Below are positions 11,246-22,337 of a stretch of DNA of 64,000 nucleotides, in pieces (within the stretch, counting starts at the first letter, position 1; every line of letters begins with the position of its first letter). The notes beneath the pieces are model-generated. The model did no database searches, was not told where the DNA came from, and worked only from the letters and a program-made list of their open reading frames with translations. This DNA comes from an uncultured delta proteobacterium. GTDB lineage: Bacteria; Desulfobacterota; Desulfobacteria; Desulfobacterales; Desulfosalsimonadaceae. Made by a program: the position numbers and the translations under genes. The stretch is taken from positions 32,001 through 96,000 of the forward strand of contig CAWGYD010000010.1 of the NCBI GenBank assembly GCA_963826785.1, written 5' to 3'.

Positions 11246-11761
11246 ATGGCCATACTTGAAATATTGACTTACCCGGATGAGTTTCTGCGAAAGCCCACCC
11301 GTCCGGTAACGGATATTGACGAAAAAATTCAGACCATCATCGAAGACATGGCCGACACCATGTATGAAGCCCCAGGCGTGGGTCTGGCCGCTATCCAGGC
11401 CGGAATCGACCAGAGTATCATCGTCTATGATGCCGAGGCGGATGCCCGGGCGCGCAATTTTCAGGTGCTGATCAATCCGGAAATTGTGGCCAGCGAGGGC
11501 TCGATGGTGTCGGAAAATGAAGGGTGTCTGAGCGTTCCGGATTTCCGGTCGGATGTGGAACGCTACGCCACCGTGACCGTCACCGGCATGGACCGGAATG
11601 GAAAGCCCGTGACCATTGAAGCGGATGGCATTCTATCGGTGATCCTTCAGCATGAGATCGACCACCTCCGGGGCGTTCTTTTCATCGACCGGATCAGCGT
11701 GCTCAAGCGTCAGCTGTATAAGAAACGTCGGCAAAAGGAACTGAAGCAGAGTGCATCCTGA
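11246..11761 (+). CDS. def: Peptide deformylase
   Basis: GVGLAAIQ, EGCLSVP, QHEIDHL. Confidence 0.98.
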   Translation: MAILEILTYPDEFLRKPTRPVTDIDEKIQTIIEDMADTMYEAPGVGLAAIQAGIDQSIIVYDAEADARARNFQVLINPEIVASEGSMVSENEGCLSVPDFRSDVERYATVTVTGMDRNGKPVTIEADGILSVILQHEIDHLRGVLFIDRISVLKRQLYKKRRQKELKQSAS

Positions 11762-12698
11762 TCCTGATTTTAAAGTGGTTTTCATGGGGACATCCGATTT
11801 TGCCGTCCCCGCCCTGGAAGCGGTCAATGATCTTGACTGCATGGTTTCCCTCGTGGTGACGCAGCCGGATCGGCCCAAGGGACGCGGGCGAAAGATCTCG
11901 CCGCCGCCGGTGAAAACATGCGCGCTGAAACACGGCAATCCGCTGCTTCAGCCCGAAACGGTCAAGACAGAGGCTTTTTACGAGGCCATCGCCCGGATCC
12001 GGCCGGATCTGCTGGTGGTGGCGGCATTCGGCCATATCCTGCCCAAGCGTATTCTGGAAATCCCGGTTTACGGCGCAGTGAATATCCATGGCTCGCTCCT
12101 CCCCAGGTACCGGGGCCCCGCACCCATCCAGTGGGCGATCATCAACGGCGATGCGGAAACCGGGGTCACCACCATGCTCATGGACAAGGGAATGGACACG
12201 GGAGAAATCCTGCTGAAAGCCCAAACCGAAATCCGGGCCGAAGACACGGCCGGCACCCTGCACGACCGGCTGGCAGAAATGGGTGCATTGCTGCTCAAGG
12301 ACACCATAGACGGCATGCGGGCAGGAACCCTCCGGCCCATCCCCCAACCCCACCATGAAGCCACCTACGCGCCCATGCTGACCAAAAATGACGGCCGCAT
12401 CGACTGGTCCGAAGAGGCCGTCCGCATCGAAAGACGGGTCCGCGGCCTTACCCCCTGGCCGGGGGCGCATACGTTTTTAAACGGTCTTCTGCTCAAGCTC
12501 TTTTCCGTTTCGCCCATCCATATGCCTGCGGATCGGCCGCCCGGCACGGTGATCAAAAGCGACCCGCATCATCTTCACGTGGCTGCCGGGGGCAGCATCA
12601 TCGCCATCAAAGAGATCCAGGGCGCCTCCGGCCGGCGGCTTCCGGTTCAAGAATTTTTGAGAGGAAATCCGATCCCTGAAAATTCGATATTTTCGTAA
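11751..12698 (+). CDS. fmt: Methionyl-tRNA formyltransferase
   Basis: VFMGTSDFA, TQPDRPKGRG, NIHGSLLPRYRGPAPIQ, MDTG; overlaps def. Confidence 0.97.
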   Translation: MHPDPDFKVVFMGTSDFAVPALEAVNDLDCMVSLVVTQPDRPKGRGRKISPPPVKTCALKHGNPLLQPETVKTEAFYEAIARIRPDLLVVAAFGHILPKRILEIPVYGAVNIHGSLLPRYRGPAPIQWAIINGDAETGVTTMLMDKGMDTGEILLKAQTEIRAEDTAGTLHDRLAEMGALLLKDTIDGMRAGTLRPIPQPHHEATYAPMLTKNDGRIDWSEEAVRIERRVRGLTPWPGAHTFLNGLLLKLFSVSPIHMPADRPPGTVIKSDPHHLHVAAGGSIIAIKEIQGASGRRLPVQEFLRGNPIPENSIFS

Positions 12699-12747
12699 AA
12701 CCGGCATCACTCAAATTATCCTCTGCATCTAACAGGCCCATCCACTG

Positions 12748-14113
12748 ATGAATCGCAACCCCAGGCAAACCGTTTTGTCCATATTAGACAAAGTCGAACA
12801 GGGACCTTATCACCTGGATCGGGTGATTGCCGATACCCTGGATGCCGGTAACCGCCCGATGCCGCAGCAGGACCGGAACTTGGCCAATGCCTTGATATTC
12901 GGAATATTAAGATGGCGAAACCGTCTCGACTGGATCATCCGCCAGTATTCATCGGTGCGCCTGTCAAAGGTGGATCCAACCATTTTAAACATCCTGCGCA
13001 TCGGGGTCTATCAACTGCTCTTCATGGACCGGGTTCCGGATTCCGCCGCGGTCAACACCTCGGTTGAACTGGCCAAGGCGAGTGCGCCCCCCTGGGTGGT
13101 CAAATATGTAAATGCATGCTCCGCAGCATCGCCCGCAATAAGGATGCCCTGCCCGCCTTCCCCGGCGGCTCGAACCCGGTCGCCCGCCTGGCGGTCATGC
13201 AGTCGTTCCCGGAATGGTTGATCCGCCGCTGGATCAAGCGCTTCGGAGCGGACGAAACCGAATCGCTGTGTGAATTTATCAATACGATCCCCCCCGTGAG
13301 CCTCCGGGTCAATACCTTGAAGACAGATCGGGATTATCTTTTGGCTCTGTTGCAGGAAGATGCCGAATTGCTCGAAAAGACGCGGTACGCGCCTGAGGGG
13401 CTGGTGATGCGGCATCCCGGAAGACCCCTGCACCGCCTGGAAGCCTTTGAAAAAGGATATTTTGCGGTTCAGGACGAGGCGGCCCAGCTGATTTCTCATA
13501 TTCTTTCGCCGCTTCCCGGACAAAATGTACTGGATGCCTGCGCGGGCCTGGGCGGAAAGACCGGCCATCTCGCCCAGCTGATGAAGGACAGCGGCTCGAT
13601 CACCGCTCTTGATAAAGACCCGGGCAAACTGGTGCGATTGTCCGCCCACATGGACCGCCTGGGTATTCACATCGTATCCCCGACGGCCCGGGACCTGGTG
13701 GACGATCAAGCGCAACGACTCACCCCGGGCGCGTTTGACCGTATTCTTCTGGATGCACCCTGCTCCGGGTTGGGCGTGATCCGCCGAAACCCGGACATCA
13801 AATGGGATGCGGCCCGGCAGAACCTGGGCCGGTTTGGCGATATCCAGGCAAATGCCTGGATGCGGTTTCAATGCTGCTAAAACCCGGTGGAACCCTGGTC
13901 TATGCCGTTTGCAGCATGGAAAATGAGGAGAATGAAGGGGTCATTTTCCCTTTTCTGAAGCGCCATCCCGGATATGCGGTGGTTAAAAATTTTTCCCATC
14001 TTCCCTTTGACATCAGCCCGTTTTTGGATCAAAACGGGTTTATCCGTACATATCCGCATCAGCACCATATGGACGGTTTCTTCTGTGCATGTCTTACGAA
14101 GGTCGGATCATGA
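12748..14113 (+). pseudogene. rsmB: 16S rRNA m5C967 methyltransferase RsmB, split by two single-base deletions (near 13115 and 13851); probably an assembly error
   Basis: Three overlapping ORFs give the NusB-like domain, LRVN/QDEAAQ/DACAGLGGK/DAPCSGLG and LKPGG.LVYAVCS...MDGFF. Restoring two bases gives about 455 aa. Confidence 0.9.
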
Positions 14114-15075
14114 AAACCCTGGTCAAGGTCATATTCATAATATGTGCATTGTGCCTCATCGCCGGGGCCAGTGCCTATTTTACCATTACCCTGTTCATCA
14201 AGGGCGAAGATACGGTGGTGGTGCCGGAACTTTCGGGGAAGGACGCCATATACGCCCTGGAACTGATGACCGGCATGGGGTTGAACACCAAGGTGGAAGG
14301 TTCCGATTTCAGTGCCGATACCCCCAAGAACCACATCATCCGCCAGTCGCCGGCACCCGGGGAGATCATCAAAAAGGGGCGCGACATTCGACTGACCATC
14401 TCCAGGGGCACCAAAATGGTGTCGGTGCCAAACCTCAAGGATTTAAATCTTCAGCAGGTCCGGATCATCCTGGAAGAAAACGGGTTGAGCACAGGCGCCA
14501 TCTCCAACACATACCTGGAATCGGTCATGGCCGGCATGGTTTATCTCCAGTCGCCCGCTTCAGGGACTACCATCGAGCGCGGGGGTAGAGTCGATCTTCT
14601 GGTCAGCCGGGGACCGAGGCCCGAAGAATATGTCATGCCAGAACTGACCGGACTCTTTCTGGATGAATCGGTTCTGCTGCTGGACCGCAACAAACTGGCC
14701 ATTGGCAATATCAAGACGGTTTATGATCCGAAAAAACCTGCCAACAGTATCGTTTCCCAGAACCCGCCCGCAGGGTTTCAGGTTCGCCGGGGTGATGCCG
14801 TGGACCTTGAGATCAACCGGAAACCGGGTCCCGAATCCGCAACTGACAGCGATTATCGGTTTTCCGGGGTGAGGCTGTTTTCCTTCCGGCTGGCCCCGGG
14901 ATACTTAAAACAGCATATCCGGCTGGATCTGAAGCTTTACAGCGCAACCTATACCCTCTATGATGAGATGATCAAACCGGGCAAGGAGATATGGGCGCTG
15001 GTACCCGCCCACACCGAGGCATGCGTTTTTCTATACCGGAATGACGACTTGATCAAAACCCGTTTGTATGACTGA
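14110..15075 (+). CDS. Membrane-anchored protein with three PASTA domains and no kinase domain
   Basis: N-terminal TM helix; repeats VVPELSG..QSPAPG, VPNLKD..QSPASG, MPELTG..QNPPAG. Confidence 0.88.
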   Translation: MKTLVKVIFIICALCLIAGASAYFTITLFIKGEDTVVVPELSGKDAIYALELMTGMGLNTKVEGSDFSADTPKNHIIRQSPAPGEIIKKGRDIRLTISRGTKMVSVPNLKDLNLQQVRIILEENGLSTGAISNTYLESVMAGMVYLQSPASGTTIERGGRVDLLVSRGPRPEEYVMPELTGLFLDESVLLLDRNKLAIGNIKTVYDPKKPANSIVSQNPPAGFQVRRGDAVDLEINRKPGPESATDSDYRFSGVRLFSFRLAPGYLKQHIRLDLKLYSATYTLYDEMIKPGKEIWALVPAHTEACVFLYRNDDLIKTRLYD

Positions 15076-15094
15076 AAAATGAACAGGAGCTGAC

Positions 15095-15748
15095 ATGAAA
15101 CTGATTGCACCGTCGATACTGTCCGCAGATTTTGCCAGACTCGGCGAAGAAATTAAAGGGGTTGAAGCGGCCGGGGCCGACTGGATCCACATCGACGTCA
15201 TGGACGGGCATTTCGTCCCCAACATCACCATCGGGCCGCTGGTCGTGGAGGCGGTAAAACGCATCACGGATCTTCCCAAAGATGTCCACCTCATGATCGA
15301 ACACCCCGACACGTACATTCCCGAATTTGCAAAAGCCGGGGCGGACCTGATATCCGTTCACGCGGAAGCCTGCCCCCATCTCCACCGCACCATCGACCTG
15401 ATCCGGAACTGCGGGTGCAGGCCCGGTGTGGTGCTAAATCCCGCCTCCCCCGTCGAGGCCGTCAAATGGGTGCTGGCCGATGTGGATTTCGTCCTGCTCA
15501 TGAGCGTTAATCCGGGATTCGGCGGACAGTCCTTTATTCCGGCAACCCTTGAAAAGGCACGGCTGATCCGGCAGATGATCGATGAACACAATCTTTCCGT
15601 TCTCATTCAGATCGATGGCGGGGTGAACGAAAAGACCATCCGGAATATTTCCAACGCCGGGGTGGACGTGTTTGTCGCCGGATCGGCCATTTTCGGCGCC
15701 AATGATTACAGAAAAGCCATTTCCGCCTTGAAACAGCAGCTCGAATAA
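15095..15748 (+). CDS. rpe: Ribulose-phosphate 3-epimerase
   Basis: IAPSILSADF, HIDVMDGHFVPN, MSVNPGFGGQ, IDGG, VAGSA. Confidence 0.98.
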   Translation: MKLIAPSILSADFARLGEEIKGVEAAGADWIHIDVMDGHFVPNITIGPLVVEAVKRITDLPKDVHLMIEHPDTYIPEFAKAGADLISVHAEACPHLHRTIDLIRNCGCRPGVVLNPASPVEAVKWVLADVDFVLLMSVNPGFGGQSFIPATLEKARLIRQMIDEHNLSVLIQIDGGVNEKTIRNISNAGVDVFVAGSAIFGANDYRKAISALKQQLE

Positions 15749-15768
15749 CACAAAGGATAAAGCGCATC

Positions 15769-16215
15769 ATGAAAAAGAAAATCCTGGTGATTCACGGCCC
15801 CAATCTCAACATGCTCGGCCGGAGGGAACCTGCGACCTACGGGGCCATGACCCTTTCGGAAATCAATCAGATGTTAGTGGATCACGGCCGCAGCAAAGAT
15901 CTCAGCATCGATTTCTTCCAGTCCAACCATGAAGGCGAACTGGTGGAAAAAATCCAGCAGTGCTGCGATCTTTATGATGGGATGATCATCAACCCGGCGG
16001 CCTATACCCACACCAGCATCGCCATACGTGATGCGCTTCTGCTGATCGATATTCCGGTGATCGAAATCCACCTGTCCAATATCTTTGGTCGCGAACCGTT
16101 TCGACATAAATCCCTGATTTCAGACGTGGTCACCGGCCAGATCACCGGGCTGGGCCCCCACGGCTACATACTGGCGCTCGATGCATTGAGCCAAAAATTT
16201 CAGGCATCATCCTGA
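15769..16215 (+). CDS. aroQ: Type II 3-dehydroquinate dehydratase
   Basis: HGPNLNMLGRREP..YG, QSNHEG, NPAAYTHTS, EIHLSN, REPFRH. Confidence 0.97.
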   Translation: MKKKILVIHGPNLNMLGRREPATYGAMTLSEINQMLVDHGRSKDLSIDFFQSNHEGELVEKIQQCCDLYDGMIINPAAYTHTSIAIRDALLLIDIPVIEIHLSNIFGREPFRHKSLISDVVTGQITGLGPHGYILALDALSQKFQASS

Positions 16216-16225
16216 TCTGCGAAAC

Positions 16226-17740
16226 ATGAAGCGCATCTATTACCCGGCCGCCGTATGCGCCATCGGTTTGCTTTGTTCTGAATTTCTTTTTTCCATCCTT
16301 GTCTTTTTTTCAAATCAGGCCCATTACCACAAGCTGCTTGCACTTAAAAACGCCGGCTACCTGATGGTGCCAAACGAGAAGATCCTCCCTTTTCTGCTTC
16401 AACCCGGACCGGCGCTTGCCGGCGGACTATTTTTCACCCTGACGGCCGGTGCCGGGCTGACCCTGTTGACCTTCGGACTGATATTCCTGTGGCGGCGCTT
16501 TTGGTTTAAACGGAGATTCATCCTGCTGCCGGTTCTGGCCGGCTCTGCGCTGCTGATTCTGATCAACCGCGGTGGCATCAATTATCCTGTCACGGCCATA
16601 TTCATCCTGCTGTCGGCGGCAGTTGCGGCGGCGACGTTGCGGCTCTATCCGGAAACGCCCACCCAACACCGGCCGCTCCGCTTCCGGGGGATAATCATAC
16701 ACCCGATTGTATGGGTCATTCTGGCCGGCGTCTGGATGCCCCAGGTCAACGGCGATACGTTTATCCACATCCGCGATCACCTGCTGCTGACACATCCTGC
16801 GGGAAAGGCGATCAATGCGTTTTACTATAAATACACCCTTTATCCCGCCTACGTGTTTAAATCGCCGGATCAGCGGCTGCTCCACACCTGCCGGATCAGC
16901 GCTTCCACTCCCCAATCCTTTTCTGCAATCGAAACGCGCCTGAGAAAGGAAGATTATTTGATCCCGCCCGACCCGGCGGCTCCCGTCGATCTCACGGTGA
17001 TGCAGGACGGGCAGACCCTGTCATTCATCCATGCCGGTCGCACGATATACACCACCGGCATGGATCAATTCATGAAATCGTCAAGCGATGTCTTGTCAAA
17101 AATTTCCGGCAGGATCGACAATTTCGCTTTTTTCCGGAAATTCACCTTTTTTTCACTGGTCTTCGCCCTTCCCCTGCTGCTCTATGGCATTATCTATTTC
17201 TGCGTCCTGCTGATGTTATTCCCGGTAAGCGATCTGCGGCTTCGCAGGGGCATGTCAACGCTTGTCGTGCTTGCGGCCGGCATACTGCTGGTGCTCCCCC
17301 TCTACCGGAGCGGCGGGCAGTCCGTAATGGCCGCGCAGATCAGGGAGCGGCTGTCATCCGATCACTGGACGGACCGCCTGGCGGCCATCAAGGAAATTGC
17401 GGATAAAAAGATGCCGATCACTGCGTTTGCCGGCATCGAAAGCATGAAAAACAGTCCCCATATTCCCATCCGGTACTGGCTGGCCCGGTCCCTTGCTTCC
17501 GGGTCAACGGGTGAGGCGCACCGGATGGCCCTTTCCATGCTGTCTGATCCGCAGCCCAATGTGGTTTGCATGGCTCTTTACAGCCTGGGCCGGCAAAAGC
17601 AGCCTTCAGCGATCCCGGTCATCCTGGACCTGATCAACACATCCGATCACTGGTATGTCCAGTGGTATGCATATCAATCCCTAAAGAGGCTTGGATGGAT
17701 ACAGCCCCGGTCCGATTTTTCCCGGCAATCTTCGCGGTAG
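16226..17740 (+). CDS. Polytopic membrane protein with C-terminal HEAT-like repeats
   Basis: Several hydrophobic segments; LSSDHWTDRLAAI, LSDPQPNVVCMALYSLG, SDHWYVQWYAYQSL. Confidence 0.65.
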   Translation: MKRIYYPAAVCAIGLLCSEFLFSILVFFSNQAHYHKLLALKNAGYLMVPNEKILPFLLQPGPALAGGLFFTLTAGAGLTLLTFGLIFLWRRFWFKRRFILLPVLAGSALLILINRGGINYPVTAIFILLSAAVAAATLRLYPETPTQHRPLRFRGIIIHPIVWVILAGVWMPQVNGDTFIHIRDHLLLTHPAGKAINAFYYKYTLYPAYVFKSPDQRLLHTCRISASTPQSFSAIETRLRKEDYLIPPDPAAPVDLTVMQDGQTLSFIHAGRTIYTTGMDQFMKSSSDVLSKISGRIDNFAFFRKFTFFSLVFALPLLLYGIIYFCVLLMLFPVSDLRLRRGMSTLVVLAAGILLVLPLYRSGGQSVMAAQIRERLSSDHWTDRLAAIKEIADKKMPITAFAGIESMKNSPHIPIRYWLARSLASGSTGEAHRMALSMLSDPQPNVVCMALYSLGRQKQPSAIPVILDLINTSDHWYVQWYAYQSLKRLGWIQPRSDFSRQSSR

Positions 17741-18348
17741 CCGCCGTTCTTGGCATCGAAATGACCGCCCGGCAGTTTCCGGGTCATCCCCTTGCGGTGA
17801 CGGGCGCGGCCCGGATTTGCCAGACCGCTGCCATCTTTATGATTTTTCGGGTCTGGAACAAGGGCCCGGCGGTTTTCGGGCTGGTGCGCGGCCGCATTTT
17901 CCAGGGAATGTACAAAGGGTTTGTCTGGTCGCTGGGATTTGCAGCGGCAGCCGCGATCGCGGGACTCGGGTTGTATCTTGCGGGGCTTGATCCGGTTTCC
18001 TTGCTGAAGATGAGGCTGCCCGGGTCCGTGGGTCAGCTGGCGCTGTTTTATCTGGTGGCCGGGGTGGTGGGACCGGTTGCCGAGGAAGTCTTTTTCAGGG
18101 GGGTCATCTACGGGTATTTCAGGGACCTGCTGTATCCGGTGTCAAAAAGCGCAGCTGTTTTGCTTGCGGTGCTGGCGACCACCTCCCTGTTCGTGGCGGC
18201 CCATTCCCACCTGAGCGTGATCCCGGTTCCCCAGATTGTCGGCGGGATCATCTTCTGTCTGGCCTATGAGGCGGAGAAGAACCTCATGGTGCCGGTGATC
18301 ATTCACAGCCTGGGCAACATGGCCCTGTTTACGCTTTCACTTTTTTAG
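17695..18348 (+). CDS. CPBP-family intramembrane glutamic endopeptidase (CAAX/Abi)
   Basis: AEEVFFRG, FVAAH and HSLGN motifs; hydrophobic. Confidence 0.88.
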   Translation: MDTAPVRFFPAIFAVAAVLGIEMTARQFPGHPLAVTGAARICQTAAIFMIFRVWNKGPAVFGLVRGRIFQGMYKGFVWSLGFAAAAAIAGLGLYLAGLDPVSLLKMRLPGSVGQLALFYLVAGVVGPVAEEVFFRGVIYGYFRDLLYPVSKSAAVLLAVLATTSLFVAAHSHLSVIPVPQIVGGIIFCLAYEAEKNLMVPVIIHSLGNMALFTLSLF

Positions 18349-20759
18349 GGCCGTCTTCCATTGCGGCTACGAGATCTGAGGATTCACGGTTCTGGTCCAG
18401 TACACTGCGCACGTGTGTGGCCAGCTGCTGAAAAGTCAGCGGTTTGAACACCAGGGCCCGGATACCGATCTGACGTGCGGTGGATTCATCGATTTTGGGA
18501 TTGTAACCGGTGCACAGGATCACCGGAATATCCGCCCGGGTCAACATCATGGCCATTGCCAGTTGATCCCCGTCCATTTCCGGCATGGTCATATCCGATA
18601 TGACCAAGTCATACGATTCAGGCGCCTGCCGGAATTTGCGCAATGCGTCCATGCTGCTCATGCAGGCCTCCACCCGGTAGCCGAGAAATTCCAGCATTTC
18701 CCGGCCGGTGTCGATGATCGTTTCCTCGTCATCCACCAGCAGGATGGTTTCCGTTCCGGTGGGCATGGAAACCTGCTCGGGGCTCAATTCCTCATCTTCT
18801 GCGAGAAGATTTTCTTCCAGAAGGGGCAGGTACACATAAAATTCGGTTTTCCGGCCCAATCGGCTGGAAAAAGAAATGGAACCGCCATGCTTCTGGACGA
18901 TTCCCTGGGCCACGGCCAGACCCAGGCCGGTTCCCATCTGCTTTTCCTTGGTGGTGTAATACGGGTCGAAAATCCGTTTCCGATCTTCGGGCCGGATCCC
19001 CTTGCCCGTATCGCTCACCGTAATCTTAAGATAGTGGCCGGGTTTTAACCCCGATGACTCGTCCCCGTCTGTTGGGGAGATTTTTTCTCTGGCGGTGGAC
19101 AGCTTCAGCATCCCGCCGGTCTCCCTCATGGATTGGCCGGCATTGGTGCCCAGGTTCATGATGACCTGGTGAATCTGGGCGGAATCGGCTTCCACGAGAC
19201 CGGCACAGGCATCCAGGTTTTCCTGGATTTCAATGGATGCCGGCAGGGTCGCCCGAAGCAGTCTGGACACATCCAATATGATCCGGTTGATGTCTATGGG
19301 TTTTCGCTTCTGCTCGGTCTGGCGGCTGATGGACAGGATCTGCCGGACCAGTTCCCGTGCCCGGGTTCCGGCCTTGAAGACCTCTTCCAGGTATTGATGG
19401 ACTTTGTCTTCGGGGTTTACATGAATCCTGGACAATTCAATATATCCCAGGATCGCCGACAAGATATTGTTGAAATCGTGGGCAATGCCGCCGGCCAGGG
19501 TTCCGATGGCCTCCATTTTCTGGGCCTTGATCAACTGGTTTTCGAGACTTCGCTGGGCGGTGACATCATGATAGACGGTGAGGATAAAAAAATCATCCCG
19601 GATCTGCACCATTTTTGCATAAAGCTGGACCTGCACGGGGATACCCTGTTTGTCCAGGGCCGTCATTTCATGTCCGGACACCTCGCCATCCGAGGTCAGT
19701 TTATCGATGAAGCGCTGGTAATCCTCGGCCGGAAAGCCCACTTCGATGGTCTTTTTCTGGATCACCGACTTGCGGGGATGCCGGATAAACTGGCAGAATT
19801 TCTCATTGACATCGATGATTTTTCCGGTGAGGTTCGTCAGTGAAATGGGCTGGGGACTCAGGTTGAACAGGTACCGGAATTTGATCTCACTTTCCCGCAG
19901 CGCGTCCTCGATTTTTTTCTGGTCGGAGAGATCCGAGGCCACCCCGATGAACCCGACGGCCCGGCCGGATTCATCCCGCTGCAGCGTGGTGGTCATGTGA
20001 GTGGAAAACCGGGAGCCGTCGGACCGGATATGTCCGACCTCCCCGCTGTGATATCCCTTGCGGAGGACTTTGCGGTTGAAGGGCATGACCTCGTATAGAT
20101 TCTGGTCGTCATCATGAAAAATGCCGAGATGCTTGCCCGGAAGGGTCTGGGGGAGAATATCCGTGCATATCCGACCATGCCTGGTTCGCATAAGTGATGA
20201 TGCCGTTTAAATCGGCGGTGGCAACCCCTTCACCAATCTGTTCTACGATGTTGATCAGCCGGTAAAGACGGGTTTCGGTGGTTTTGCGTTCGGTAATGTT
20301 TTTGATCAGAAACAGCAGGCATTTGCGTTCCGGCAGGAAGACGGATTTGACGCGGACCTCGACCCATAGATCCTGTCCGGACCGATCCCGGGTCAGCCAT
20401 TCAAAAACCTGGGGAGTATCCGACCACGCCTTTTGATGACGGGCGAGCCCGTCCTTAAATGAATAGGGCTCCGCGCCGTTGTAGAGAATCTGAAGCTTGC
20501 GTTCGGAGATCTCATCGGGGGAATACCCGAACATCTCGCTTAAGATCGGATTGAAATCGGTGATCACATCCGCTTCCGGATCATAGAGGATAAAGGCATC
20601 ATCCACCGACTCAAGAATGGTCCGGTTACGGCTCTGCGTGTCTTTGCAGGTTTGGGCAAGTAAATTCAGCCGGCGCTTCAACACCCGGTTCCATTTGAAG
20701 AGAACCGCCAGCACGGCAGCCGTCATACCGACCAGTGCAATTATCAGAAAATCGAGCAT
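18329..20759 (-). pseudogene. Hybrid sensor kinase (TM, 3 PAS, HisKA, HATPase, receiver) split by one extra base in the G5 run at 20149-20153
   Basis: GTLAGGIAHDFNN, MNLGTNA, DTGKG, GTGLGL, LLVDDE, SDMTMP. Removing one base joins GYSP to QTLPGKH for about 809 aa. Confidence 0.88.
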
Positions 20760-21005
20760 GCCATAACCACCCGTGCGGCATCAAGTCACCTGACCTGCAG
20801 TGCAATTTCAGGTGCCGCCTGAATCAGAAATTTTAAAAGAACTAAAAGAAAATGAGATTTCGCCCGGATGCCAAAGTCACCCCATACTTCAAGCGGCGCT
20901 TTTCCAGTTTTTTTGCGCGACCGCTAAGTGAATCTCCCTGGTTGTAAATGACATCGAAACGCATCGCTTCGATTTCCAGTGGCAGAGAACCGGCCCTTTC
21001 CCGTA

Positions 21006-22139
21006 TTATTTTCCGCCCAGAAACTGCAGCAGGATATTGAGCATCCTTCGCACCGGTTCTGCAGCCCCCCACAGGAGCTGGTCCCCCACAGTAAAAAGGG
21101 TGAGGTACCGGGGGCCCATATTGAGTTTACGGATCCGGCCCACCGGAACGCTCAGCTTTCCGGTCACCGCGGCGGGGGTGAGGTGCTTGAGGGTTTCTGC
21201 TTTGGTGTTTTCGACCACCTTGACCCATTCATTGGCCTCTGCGATGATGGCTTCAATGTCTGCCAGGGGAAGGTCCCGATTGAGCTTGATGGTCAGTGCC
21301 TGGCTGTGGCACCGCATGGCCCCGACCCGCACGCAGATGCCGTCTATGGGGATTTGCGGGTTCATTTGCAGGATCTTATTGGTCTCGGCGGACCCTTTCC
21401 ATTCTTCACGGGTCTGGCCGTTTTCCATGGCACTGTCAATCCATGGAATGACGCTGCCGGCCAGAGGCGCGCCAAAATGGGTCACCGGGAATTCATTGTC
21501 ACCCAGCAGGTCGCACACGCCCCGGTCCAGTTCCAGAATGGCCGATTCCGGATCGGCCAGCATCTCTTTGGCGAAATCCCCGATGCAGGCCATCTGGGAG
21601 ATCAGTTCGCGCATGTTTTTGGCGCCGGCCCCGGATGCCGCCTGGTAGGTCATGCTGCTCAACCATTCGATGTACCCTTTTTGAAAGAGGCCGCCGATGG
21701 CCATGAGCATCAGGCTGACCGTGCAGTTGCCGCCGATATAATTCCGGATCCCCCCGGCAAGCCCCTGGTCGATGACATTGCGGTTCACCGGATCGAGGAT
21801 GATGATGCTGTCGTCGTTCATGCGCAGGGCGGATGCGGCATCGATCCAGTATCCCTTCCACCCCGCGGCCCGGAGCTGGGGGAAGACCTTCTTGGTGTAA
21901 TCGCCCCCCTGGCAGGTGACGATAATGTCCAGTTCGGAAAGAAACTTGATGTCATAGGCGTCTTTTAGCGGCGGCACATCCATGCCGGTATCCGTGCCGA
22001 TCTTAGGTCCCGGCTGCCCCGCCTGGGAAGTGGAGGCAAACACCGGTTCAAAGTCATGGAAATCCTTTTCCTCCAGCATCCGGTTCATCAGCACGGATCC
22101 CACCATTCCGCGCCAACCGATAAAGCCCACCTTCAACAT
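21006..22139 (-). CDS. asd: Aspartate-semialdehyde dehydrogenase
   Basis: GWRGMVGS, WIDAASALRM, GGNCTVSLM, QAASGAG, GDQLLWGAAEP. Confidence 0.98.
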   Translation of the reverse strand: MLKVGFIGWRGMVGSVLMNRMLEEKDFHDFEPVFASTSQAGQPGPKIGTDTGMDVPPLKDAYDIKFLSELDIIVTCQGGDYTKKVFPQLRAAGWKGYWIDAASALRMNDDSIIILDPVNRNVIDQGLAGGIRNYIGGNCTVSLMLMAIGGLFQKGYIEWLSSMTYQAASGAGAKNMRELISQMACIGDFAKEMLADPESAILELDRGVCDLLGDNEFPVTHFGAPLAGSVIPWIDSAMENGQTREEWKGSAETNKILQMNPQIPIDGICVRVGAMRCHSQALTIKLNRDLPLADIEAIIAEANEWVKVVENTKAETLKHLTPAAVTGKLSVPVGRIRKLNMGPRYLTLFTVGDQLLWGAAEPVRRMLNILLQFLGGK

Positions 22140-22211
22140 GAAACCCCATCCTTTCTAAAAATTTCGTTGCGATTCACCCAACCTGCATCCAAAAGCTGCA
22201 CAATCTTCATT

Positions 22212-22239
22212 TTTATAAACTTTTTGAAGGACTTGTCAA
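22212..22239 (-). promoter_or_regulatory. Putative sigma70 promoter of asd
   Basis: TTGACA-16 nt-TATAAA on the minus strand in the divergent asd/gspF gap. Confidence 0.45.
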
Positions 22240-22337
22240 CATCAACTTTTGGGTTGAGCAAAGGCTTGCGACTCTGGTATATACCCTCAAGCTGTCTTTT
22301 AACACCCAATCCCATTTATCTATAAGAGATTTTCCAA

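Noticed and set aside
20780..20820. Possible sigma54 promoter upstream of the sensor kinase
   Set aside because: GG to GC spacing is 11 nt rather than the required 10.
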